DNA of 64,000 bases from Acutalibacteraceae bacterium (GTDB taxonomy: Bacteria > Bacillota > Clostridia > Oscillospirales > Acutalibacteraceae): positions 22,230 through 86,229 of the forward strand of contig JAZLLP010000006.1 in the NCBI GenBank assembly GCA_045598225.1, given 5' to 3'. Positions 10,436-18,156 of the stretch are shown here, one piece after another. The position numbers and the translations under genes are program-made. Every line of letters starts with the position of its first letter. Positions within the stretch are counted from its first letter, which is position 1. Below the pieces are notes generated by a model. It was not told the origin of the DNA and searched no databases. It worked only from the letters and a program-made list of their open reading frames with translations.

Positions 10436-11239
10436 ATGAATTCAAATGAAAAATATATAGGTATTTTTGACTCGGGAATAGGCGGTCTTACCGTTGTAAA
10501 AAGCATTATTGAAAAAATGCCGGGTGAAAATATAATATATTTCGGTGATACCGCTCACGTTCCGTACGGAACACGTTCAAGTGAGCAGATAACCGAATAC
10601 GTGCTGAATGACGTTGCTTTTTTAAGCACATTTGACCTTAAAGCAATAGTAATCGCCTGCAATACCGCCGACTCGATAGCACGGAAAAAAGTTGAAGAAA
10701 ATTATGATTTGCCCGTTTTCGGAGTTGTCGAACCTGCTTCAAAAAAAGCATCAACCGAAACCGTCAACGGTAAAATAGGCGTTATTGCAACAAACGCAAC
10801 CGTTCTCAGCGGTGCTTATGAAAAATCAATTTCATCTTTTAATAAAAATGCCGAAGTCACAAGTGTGGCGTGTCCGCTTCTTGTTCCGCTTGTCGAAAAC
10901 GGCAGATTCCGTAAAGGTGACGGCGTTATTGAAACGGTATTAAATGAATATCTCGAACCGTTAAAACAAAAAGGCGTGGATACTCTCGTGCTCGGCTGTA
11001 CGCATTATCCGCTTCTTTATGACATTATTGCGGAAATTATGCCCGGAGTAAATATAATAAGTTCATCTGTTGCGGCATCAAACACCCTTAAAGAGTGTCT
11101 TGAAAGAGAAGAAATGCTCAATCCTTCTTCTTCGGGCGAAAGAAAATATTTTGTCAGCGACAACCCCTCCGCTTTTGAAAAAGAAGCAACGATTTTTATG
11201 GGCGATTTGGGCGGCAAAGTTTGTCTTCATACGCTGTAA
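10436..11239 (+). CDS. murI: glutamate racemase
   Basis: 267 aa. Motifs GIFDSGIGGLTV, ACNTA and GCTHYP; adjacent to murD. Confidence 0.92.
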   Translation: MNSNEKYIGIFDSGIGGLTVVKSIIEKMPGENIIYFGDTAHVPYGTRSSEQITEYVLNDVAFLSTFDLKAIVIACNTADSIARKKVEENYDLPVFGVVEPASKKASTETVNGKIGVIATNATVLSGAYEKSISSFNKNAEVTSVACPLLVPLVENGRFRKGDGVIETVLNEYLEPLKQKGVDTLVLGCTHYPLLYDIIAEIMPGVNIISSSVAASNTLKECLEREEMLNPSSSGERKYFVSDNPSAFEKEATIFMGDLGGKVCLHTL

Positions 11240-11316
11240 ATTGTTGCGACGGTACGGATTTCCTGCTTCCCGACTTAAATATTTTTATTTTTTAAAAAAG
11301 GAAAAGAAGTGTTTTT

Positions 11317-11853
11317 ATGATTGAAAAATTCAATTACAGAGTTAATAAAGGAATAGATTTGGGCGACGGTCCCGTAAACGGACAAGGTTGCGGCGAAGTA
11401 AGCAAAATGCGTTACGGTCTTTTTCCGATGTCCTATAACGGATGTGAAATAATCGCAATTTACAACCTTTTACTCCTTGAAAACAGAAAAAGTTTTTCGC
11501 TTGCCGAAATAGCACGGGAAATGTATCCCGTTGCGTGGGCATTCTGGGGAATATTCGGCTCAAATGTTTACGTTGTTGACAAATTTTTCAACCGTCACGG
11601 AATACCGTGTGAAAAAACACTTTCGCTCGACAAATTCGTTGACGAACTCGGCAAAAGAAAATACGGTATTCTTTCAATGTGGAACGCTCATCATCCGTTT
11701 GACGGAGTACATACTGTATGCGTTGAGAAAGTTACCGGCGGTTACAGAGTTTACAACCGTTCAAACAGAAACACTCATCCCGCATTTTACAAATCACTTT
11801 ACGAAGTGGTTGACAAACCGAGATTTATGTGCGGTTACTGGCTTTACAAGTAA
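11317..11853 (+). CDS. hypothetical protein, possible papain-like (C39-like) cysteine peptidase
   Basis: 178 aa. Candidate Cys (NGCEIIAIYNLL) and His (GVHTVCVEK) followed by YRVYN, resembling a Cys-His-Asn triad. The assignment is weak. Confidence 0.35.
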   Translation: MIEKFNYRVNKGIDLGDGPVNGQGCGEVSKMRYGLFPMSYNGCEIIAIYNLLLLENRKSFSLAEIAREMYPVAWAFWGIFGSNVYVVDKFFNRHGIPCEKTLSLDKFVDELGKRKYGILSMWNAHHPFDGVHTVCVEKVTGGYRVYNRSNRNTHPAFYKSLYEVVDKPRFMCGYWLYK

Positions 11854-12729
11854 TTAACCGTTTGATATTTTATTGAAAAAACTTTCGGTACTCAGTTTAT
11901 TCGGTCTGTTGAAGCGGCCGAGTTCCCAAAGCGTTTGTCCCTGCTTTATTTCATTTACTTTTTCACAGCATGTAAGAGTTACCGTATATCCCCTGTTTTC
12001 AGCCATTCCCGTGAGAATACTGTTTTTTATTCCGTACGGGTACGCAATTATGTAAGGTTTACTCCCTGTATATTTTATAAAAGCGTTTTCAAGAAGTGTA
12101 AAATCTTCAAGAAGCGCTTTTTCATATTTTTCATCGGTTTCGCCGTTTATTTTTCCCATACCCCGCCGTATTCCGAGAGAGTGCATATTGTATGAATGAT
12201 TGCCGAGTTCGGTAAAAGGATTTTCATTTAATTTTTTTATGTCATCCCAGTTTAAATACGCATATCTGTCATCCGTATCTCCGCTTTGAGTGTACATATC
12301 GGCAAGTGCGCCGACTATTGACACAACAGCAAAAAACTCAAATTCCTCAAGAAGCGGAAGCACCTTTGTCAAAAACGAGCGTTCACCGTCATCAAACGTT
12401 ATTACAATAGGGTTTTGCGGCAGTTTGTCTGTAACTCCGTTTACATAATCGAGAACCGTTTTTAAACTTACGGGATTATATCCGTTCTCTTTCATATACT
12501 GAAAATCTTCACGCAATTTTTGTTGCGGAATAACGTAATCACCCCATATTGATTTGTTTTCGCTTATCTGGTGATACATAATAATCGGTAACTTCACGCT
12601 ATTCTCCGAAAACACCTGTTTTACGGGCGTTATGTTATTCATAACAGCCGAAAAAACAAGCAGAAAACAAACAATCGAGCATATTAAAGCGAGCCTTTTA
12701 TATGAAATAATTTTAAACATTTTTTTCAC
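11854..12729 (-). CDS. polysaccharide deacetylase family protein (NodB homology)
   Basis: 291 aa. N-terminal TM anchor, ITFDDGERSF motif and downstream His-containing motifs. Confidence 0.8.
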   Translation of the reverse strand: MKKMFKIISYKRLALICSIVCFLLVFSAVMNNITPVKQVFSENSVKLPIIMYHQISENKSIWGDYVIPQQKLREDFQYMKENGYNPVSLKTVLDYVNGVTDKLPQNPIVITFDDGERSFLTKVLPLLEEFEFFAVVSIVGALADMYTQSGDTDDRYAYLNWDDIKKLNENPFTELGNHSYNMHSLGIRRGMGKINGETDEKYEKALLEDFTLLENAFIKYTGSKPYIIAYPYGIKNSILTGMAENRGYTVTLTCCEKVNEIKQGQTLWELGRFNRPNKLSTESFFNKISNG

Positions 12730-12765
12730 CCCGTAAACAATGTATGAAAATTTTTACGGAAAAAC

Positions 12766-12781
12766 GCAAACAAATGTTTGC
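12766..12781. promoter_or_regulatory. perfect palindrome upstream of lexA (possible SOS-box variant)
   Basis: GCAAAC-AAAT-GTTTGC, a 6+4+6 palindrome with the same spacing as the Firmicutes CGAAC-N4-GTTCG box. Confidence 0.35.
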
Positions 12782-12813
12782 TTTTTTTGAAAATATGTGT
12801 TATCATTAAAAAA

Positions 12814-12827
12814 AGAATATTTGTTCG
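12814..12827. promoter_or_regulatory. LexA (Cheo/SOS) box-like site upstream of lexA
   Basis: AGAAT-ATTT-GTTCG, 14 nt before the lexA RBS. The right half-site is perfect; the left matches 3 of 5. Confidence 0.5.
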
Positions 12828-12840
12828 AAAGGGTGATTTT

Positions 12841-13431
12841 ATGGAACCTATCAATGAAACCCAGAAAAAAATATATGAATTTTTAGTAGAACGCTCACAG
12901 AACGGTGTGCCGCCGTCAGTTCGTGAAATAGGTGCGGCAGTCGGTCTTAAATCAACGTCTTCCGTTCAGAACAACCTTGACTCGCTTGAAAAAGCCGGCT
13001 ACATTATGCGTGACCCGCTTTTAAAACGTTCAATAAGAATTTTAGGTCAGGCTGAAAACGTTACGCACGTTCCGCTTCTCGGCACGGTTACTGCGGGTAT
13101 GCCCATTCTCGCCGTTGAGCAGATTGAGGGTTATATTCCGTATTCGGGCAAAGTTTCCCGTGAGAAATCACTTTTTGCTTTGCGTGTTCGCGGCGAAAGT
13201 ATGCTCTGGGCGGGTATTTTAAACGGCGACATTGTTATTGCCGAAAAAACACCGTACGCTCAAAACGGTGAAATTGTTGTCGCGATGATTGACAACGAAG
13301 CAACAGTTAAAAGGTTTTTTAAAGAAAACGGTCATTTCAGACTTCAACCCGAAAATGACGAATTTGAGCCTATTATTACAAACGAAGTTGCCATTTTGGG
13401 CAAAGTTGTTGCGCTGATGAGGTATTACTAA
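12841..13431 (+). CDS. lexA: LexA repressor
   Basis: Start moved to MEPINETQKKIYEFL (RBS AAGGGTGA). wHTH N-terminus and S24 peptidase motifs VRGESM ... TVKRF. Confidence 0.92.
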   Translation: MEPINETQKKIYEFLVERSQNGVPPSVREIGAAVGLKSTSSVQNNLDSLEKAGYIMRDPLLKRSIRILGQAENVTHVPLLGTVTAGMPILAVEQIEGYIPYSGKVSREKSLFALRVRGESMLWAGILNGDIVIAEKTPYAQNGEIVVAMIDNEATVKRFFKENGHFRLQPENDEFEPIITNEVAILGKVVALMRYY

Positions 13432-13580
13432 AGTTGCCAGTTGCCAGTTGTCAGTTGCCGGTTGTCAGTTGCTAGTCAGTTGTCAGTTGCCGGTTGCCGG
13501 TTGCCGGTTGCCGGTTGCCGGTTGTCAGTTGCTAGTCAGTTGTCAGTTGCCGGTTGCTAGTTGTTAGTTGATAAGTTGAG
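13432..13580 (+). repeat. tandem heptanucleotide array (RGTTGYY), about 20 units
   Basis: Starts the nucleotide after the lexA TAA: AGTTGCC AGTTGCC AGTTGTC AGTTGCC GGTTGTC AGTTGCT ... Two 4-nt AGTC irregularities and an internal ~60-nt higher-order duplication. Confidence 0.95.
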
Positions 13581-13600
13581 ATTATAAATATTAAGAAAAA

Positions 13601-13634
13601 AGCAGGTTTTCCGATTTTTTACGGAAGACCTGCT
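13601..13634 (+). terminator. intrinsic terminator hairpin after lexA and array
   Basis: AGCAGGTTTTCCG ... CGGAAGACCTGCT preceded by an A-run and followed by TTAATTATTATTT. Confidence 0.6.
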
Positions 13635-13660
13635 TTAATTATTATTTAGATTGCTGTTTA

Positions 13661-13689
13661 TTGACAAAATATGTCAGATATGATAATAT
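13661..13689 (+). promoter_or_regulatory. promoter of the small toxin gene
   Basis: TTGACA (13661-13666), 17-nt spacer, extended -10 TGaTAATAT (13681-13689). Confidence 0.65.
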
Positions 13690-13795
13690 TCCGTTGGTGT
13701 ATAAAGCACCCGGAAAGGTAACTATATTCGGTAGGCGGTTAGCTCTCTATTAAAGAGGGCAAAACACTTTTCGCCCTCGGAAAGGGGGCGGTGCA

Positions 13796-13885
13796 ATGGT
13801 TACATACGAAGCATTGTTTTTATTACTTGCTTTATTGGTATCAGTAATTGCACTTGTCGTTGATATAATGACAAAAAAGAAATAA
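13796..13885 (+). CDS. type I toxin, 29-aa hydrophobic peptide (holin-like toxin type)
   Basis: Below the ORF-track cut-off. ATG 7 nt after GGGGGCGG gives MVTYEALFLLLALLVSVIALVVDIMTKKK, a single TM with a Lys tail. It has its own promoter, a structured 5' UTR hairpin GAGGGC/GCCCTC next to the SD, and a 3' end overlapping a convergent sRNA. Confidence 0.7.
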   Translation: MVTYEALFLLLALLVSVIALVVDIMTKKK

Positions 13886-13956
13886 ACCGCCCAAGCCAAA
13901 AAGTGCGGTTTATTTCTAACACTTATTTAGGCTAACCGTCTATCGGTTACCTTTCT
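13873..13956 (-). ncRNA. convergent antisense small RNA (putative type I antitoxin), copy 1
   Basis: Minus-strand TTGACA (13990-13985), 16-nt spacer, TGtTATAAT (-10 at 13968-13963). Conserved hairpin AACCG-ATAGA-CGGTT. Terminator AAACCGC/GCGGTTT plus U-run. The 3' part is complementary to the toxin mRNA 3' end. End coordinates are estimated. Confidence 0.65.
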
Positions 13957-14030
13957 GTTTTTATTATAACATATCTTCACTGTTTGTCAACCGACTTTAA
14001 TATAATATTTCAAATATCCTTAAGTCCGGC

Positions 14031-14051
14031 TGTCACCTGAAAACTGAAAAC
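14031..14051 (-). repeat. degenerate mini heptamer array after the rhamnosidase stop
   Basis: Minus-strand reading after TGA TGA is GTTTTCA GTTTTCA GGTGACA. Same GTTNNCA shape and position as the larger arrays, but only 2-3 units. Confidence 0.4.
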
Positions 14052-14054
14052 TCA

Positions 14055-16388
14055 TCACAACTCAACAATATTTTCAGGCTGTATATCTTCGTCAATAATG
14101 TTATAAGTTCCGCTTTCAAGTTTTTTCGTACTTCCGCCGTTATTTTCAAATGCGAAACCTTCGGGGAGTCTGATTGTGCCGTGAACGTTCTGCGGCGCAT
14201 CAACGGTGAGTTTTATTCCGCCGTAAACACGCTCCCATTTAACGCTTACCGCACCGCCCGTCGTTTTGTAAAACGCTACTGCATTGTTAAGTTTTTTAAC
14301 AAATACGGGGTAAATCATAACTTCCGAACTGTCACGCAGATACGGATTGACACGAATACCGCCGAGATATTCAATAAACCACGCCGAAATATCGCCGAAC
14401 ATGTGGTGATTGAGTGAACACGGAAACTCGTCTTTTCTCTTGAAATCTTCGGGAAGAGATGTAAGACCTCTTTCGACAAAGTTGCCGTATGACGGATAGT
14501 CGGGACGTGTTATCATTTTGTAAGCAAGGTCATATTCGCCGAAATCGGCAAGAACTCTGAAAAGAACTCTTGCGCCCAAAATGCCGACATCAAGATGACC
14601 GTCGCTTCTTTTTATTATTTTAAGAAGTTTTTTAAATGCTTCGGGCTTTTCGCCGTTTTCAAAAACATCAAAGAAAATAGCCATTGCCTGTGAAGTCTGG
14701 CAATTTCCTACGGCAGTCATTGTGCTGAAATCAATAAAATATTTTCTTACGCTTGTGCGAATTTCGTTATAAAGTCTGTCGGCAAAATCTTTTTGAAGTG
14801 AAAGACCGAGTTGTGAGAATATGTACGAAGCCTTGCTTAAAATGCTCATACACGTTACGCTGTCGGTAAATTCAAGAGGCGATTTGACCTCTGTTACGGG
14901 ACACCAGTCACCCAGACCGAATTCAAGAAGACCTCTTTCGTTACGCTTTCTTTCAATATATTCACAATAGCGGAAAATCGACGTTGCGCTTTCCTCGATT
15001 ATTTTTCTGTCGCCTCTCAAAACGTATGCGTAATAGGGAATGTAAGTAAGTGCGGCATCCCACGCAGGACCGTTACCCCATTCAAATCCCCAGCCGCCCG
15101 TGGGTACTATGCCGGGTAATGCTCCGTCTTCACGCTGTGCTTTTCTTATGTTTCGAACCCATTCACGGTAACTTTTTGTTGCGTTAAGATTCATAAGAAC
15201 GTGTTCGGCAGAAAGTGAAGCATCGCCCGTCCAGCCGTTTTTCTCACGGTGCGGGCAGTCTGTCGGAAAATAGTAAAAGTTTGAAAGGTCGGAATTTCTC
15301 GTCATAGCCTGCAAAGTGTTTGCTACTCTGTCAGAACATCGGAATCCGCCGAGTTCATCAAGAGAAGAACTGCTGACAATGTATGTGAGAAGTGACGGAA
15401 CGGCCTCTTCCTCGGTTATTCCGAAAACAACGCAGTAACGGAAACCGTGATATGTAAACACAGGCTCAAAAATTTCTTCGCCCTCACCTTTAAGAATGTA
15501 AATGTCACGCTGTGCATATCCGTCGGGATAAAAATCTATGTTGCTTATGTCGGGATTGCCGTCATCACAGATATATTCACCGAACTGTAAATCTATCTGC
15601 CTGCCGCGTTCACCGCGGATTTTAAGGCGTTCTATACCTGTGGCATTTATTCCGAAATCATAAAGATAACCTGTTCTTTCCTCGGTGGGAAGAGGATCGG
15701 CGATTTTTTCAACGTCACCTCTCGGTCTGTATTCTTTAACCGTGCATTTTCTTATTGAAACGGGACTTATATGTCTTATGGGAGCAATCGGGTCTGCTTC
15801 GCAAAGGCGGCGTTCACCTCTCGGTGTTTCCGCTATAATTGCGTCATCCCAGAAATCGTCAACGTATTTCGCCTGCGACCAGTCGGCTATCTCTTTACGG
15901 GCGTCGTAAAAACAACCGCATCTTAAATCGTCAAATATAACGGGTGACGGTGCGGTTTTCACGTTTCTGTCAGCCTCAATTACATCAATCTTGCCGTCTT
16001 TATTGAACACTTCTATTGCAAACGCAGTACGGGGCGCACCTCGGAAATCCGCTTTGTCAAAATCCCATATCTGACCGCCGGGTGCGTTCTGCATACCGTT
16101 TCCGAGATGTATTCCGAGAACGTTTTTACCTTCGGTAATATATTCTGTGATGTCGTATTCATCGTAGTAAACAATATCGTCCGGATTTGAAATGTAAGGC
16201 GCAAGTATGCCTTTTGTAATTTTGTGACCGTTTATAAATATGTCATAAAAACCGAGACCGGTTATTGTGACTTTGCATCTTTCCGGCTGTGAATAGATAA
16301 TAAAACTTTTTCTGAAATACGGTGCGGGTATATGCTCCGCATACGTATTGAATTTATGTCTTGCGCAGATAAATTTTTTTGAAAGCAT
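14055..16388 (-). CDS. alpha-L-rhamnosidase (GH78 family)
   Basis: Start moved to MLSKKFICA (the GTG in the track lies inside the RBS AGGAGTG). N-terminal rhamnosidase-like region (FINGHKITKGILAPY...) and conserved DCPHREKNGWTGD motif. Confidence 0.85.
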   Translation of the reverse strand: MLSKKFICARHKFNTYAEHIPAPYFRKSFIIYSQPERCKVTITGLGFYDIFINGHKITKGILAPYISNPDDIVYYDEYDITEYITEGKNVLGIHLGNGMQNAPGGQIWDFDKADFRGAPRTAFAIEVFNKDGKIDVIEADRNVKTAPSPVIFDDLRCGCFYDARKEIADWSQAKYVDDFWDDAIIAETPRGERRLCEADPIAPIRHISPVSIRKCTVKEYRPRGDVEKIADPLPTEERTGYLYDFGINATGIERLKIRGERGRQIDLQFGEYICDDGNPDISNIDFYPDGYAQRDIYILKGEGEEIFEPVFTYHGFRYCVVFGITEEEAVPSLLTYIVSSSSLDELGGFRCSDRVANTLQAMTRNSDLSNFYYFPTDCPHREKNGWTGDASLSAEHVLMNLNATKSYREWVRNIRKAQREDGALPGIVPTGGWGFEWGNGPAWDAALTYIPYYAYVLRGDRKIIEESATSIFRYCEYIERKRNERGLLEFGLGDWCPVTEVKSPLEFTDSVTCMSILSKASYIFSQLGLSLQKDFADRLYNEIRTSVRKYFIDFSTMTAVGNCQTSQAMAIFFDVFENGEKPEAFKKLLKIIKRSDGHLDVGILGARVLFRVLADFGEYDLAYKMITRPDYPSYGNFVERGLTSLPEDFKRKDEFPCSLNHHMFGDISAWFIEYLGGIRVNPYLRDSSEVMIYPVFVKKLNNAVAFYKTTGGAVSVKWERVYGGIKLTVDAPQNVHGTIRLPEGFAFENNGGSTKKLESGTYNIIDEDIQPENIVEL

Positions 16389-16552
16389 TAAAAACACTCC
16401 TGAATAATTCTTACGGGAGTTAAACTATGAATTCAACTCTGTACTGATATAATAACCGAAACAAAAATAAACTTCAATACAATTAAAAAATTTTACAAAT
16501 TGTTTTGTTGACGGAGACTGTTTATTAAGATACAATGTATGTCGGTGATACT

Positions 16553-17884
16553 ATGGATATAACGGATTTTTTCAAAGAACAAAGCCGTGAAACAGCACGG
16601 CGTCTCGGTGCTGTTCTTTGCTTTAAAACGCTTACTCACGGCGCAAAAAAAGAAATTGACGGGGTTGTCGCCCGTTTTGATTTTGATACGTTCTTTTTTG
16701 ATATTATGTACGCACAAAAAGGAATTTTCGCAACGTTTCCCGATACTGTGTGGATTTCCTCAGCCTTTGAAGCGGAAGACGGCATACCGTTTTCGGTTTA
16801 CGATTTGCTCGCTTTTTTCTGTCCCGACGATTTTAATACATATACTTTCACTTCCGTTTCCGATGAAGCGCTGATGAAAAATGCTTTTGCAAAAACAGAG
16901 GAACTTTTTATTAAACTTCTGCCGTTTATGAAAAATGCCGCCGAAAACGGAGTTATAAGAAATAAAATGTTAACCGAGCAGAAAAACCGTATTTCCGAAT
17001 ATTGCGGAAACACTCTTATTTTTGACACAAGCGTTCCGTCAAGCGATTTAACCGAAAAACTCACGAATATGCTGATGGACAATTTTACCGTTACCGAAAC
17101 CGCAAGCGCAGTTACGATTTATTCGACTAAAAAATCAAAGGCAATTAAAAAACTCAAACGCAAAAAATATAAATCGCAGTATGAAAAAAATCTGCTTGAA
17201 TTTTTACTTTCGGAAAAAAGCGAAAACTATGACAGAGAATATGCGACCGACAACGTTAAAAACGCAATAAAAAAGCAATCCAAAAAAACTTTTACGGAAG
17301 TCGGTATCACGGTTTGTGCAGCCTTAATTATTCAGATTCCGCTATCCGCTATTGTATTCGGTATTTATTATGCGCTCTGTTTTTCATTTTTCCACGGTGC
17401 AACTTATACGGTGGGAACAGGCATTTCCAACGGAATTTTACCGGTTCTTTTTTCATTGTTATTAAGTTTTTGCACAGCACTTAAATACTCACCGGAAATT
17501 ATTGAAAAAATCAAAAAAACCAAAACACAGAAGCGTTCCGAAAAAGAGAAAAAAGCACTTAAATTTTTCATAATTATTGCTGAAACACTCACTTTGCTTA
17601 TGTGCGTTTACGCCGCAAACTACACAACCGCATTTTATGAAAATACTTTTACATATTCTGAAAACGGCCATTTTGTTTTGCGGCAGACGGAGTACAGTTA
17701 CACGCATATAAAATGTTATGTAAAAAGAAATGAATTTTTAAATCCGTATTATATTCTTGTTACAGATGACGGCTCCGAAATAGACCTTTACGATTCCACC
17801 TTTAACAATACCGAATATTTTGAAGAAAAAATAATACCGTTCCTTGAAGAGAAAGGCATAACACCATACAATAATTTCCGATAA
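16553..17884 (+). CDS. hypothetical multi-pass membrane protein
   Basis: About 443 aa from MDITDFFKEQ (RBS GGTGA). Soluble N-terminal half followed by several TM helices. No recognisable family. Confidence 0.6.
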   Translation: MDITDFFKEQSRETARRLGAVLCFKTLTHGAKKEIDGVVARFDFDTFFFDIMYAQKGIFATFPDTVWISSAFEAEDGIPFSVYDLLAFFCPDDFNTYTFTSVSDEALMKNAFAKTEELFIKLLPFMKNAAENGVIRNKMLTEQKNRISEYCGNTLIFDTSVPSSDLTEKLTNMLMDNFTVTETASAVTIYSTKKSKAIKKLKRKKYKSQYEKNLLEFLLSEKSENYDREYATDNVKNAIKKQSKKTFTEVGITVCAALIIQIPLSAIVFGIYYALCFSFFHGATYTVGTGISNGILPVLFSLLLSFCTALKYSPEIIEKIKKTKTQKRSEKEKKALKFFIIIAETLTLLMCVYAANYTTAFYENTFTYSENGHFVLRQTEYSYTHIKCYVKRNEFLNPYYILVTDDGSEIDLYDSTFNNTEYFEEKIIPFLEEKGITPYNNFR

Positions 17885-17974
17885 TGCGCAAGATAGTTTC
17901 TATAAAAAACACCGATAATGCGCAATATAGTTTGTGTAAAAAACACCCATAATACGCAATTTAATATAGTGTGT
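17879..17974 (+). repeat. 34-bp tandem direct repeat, about 2.8 copies
   Basis: CCGATAATGCGCAAGATAGTTTCTATAAAAAACA / CCGATAATGCGCAATATAGTTTGTGTAAAAAACA / CCCATAATACGCAATTTAATATAGTGTG. The first copy overlaps the stop codon of the upstream gene. Confidence 0.85.
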
Positions 17975-18004
17975 TCCTATATATTCATATTATACATAAT
18001 ACAT

Positions 18005-18085
18005 AAAAAAATAAACCGCCCTCGTCTAAAGGTGCGGTTTATTTCAAACTCATATTTAGGCTAACCGTCTATCGGTTGCCCTTCT
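18005..18085 (-). ncRNA. small RNA paralog, copy 2 (orphan; only about 25 nt of toxin 3' remnant upstream)
   Basis: Minus-strand TTGACA (18118-18113), TGcTATAAT (-10 at 18097-18092). Same AACCGATAGACGGTTAGCCTAAATA core as copy 1. Terminator AAACCGC/GCGGTTT plus U7. End coordinates are estimated. Confidence 0.6.
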
Positions 18086-18121
18086 TTTATTATTATAGCA
18101 TATCTTTGTCATTGTCAATCT

Positions 18122-18156
18122 GACAACCGGCAACCGACAACCGGCAACCGGCAACT
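18122..18156 (-). repeat. tandem heptanucleotide array, 5 units, abutting the glyA stop and the sRNA -35
   Basis: Minus-strand reading TG[A GTTGCC GGTTGCC GGTTGTC GGTTGCC GGTTGTC] AGATTGACA. The first unit overlaps the last base of the glyA TGA. Confidence 0.9.

Noticed and set aside
13432-13580. Whether the heptamer arrays could be CRISPR arrays or coding repeats.
   Set aside because: The period is 7 nt with no spacers and no cas genes. Unit variants introduce TAG in sense frames and TAA/TAG in antisense frames. They were kept as a finding of a different kind.
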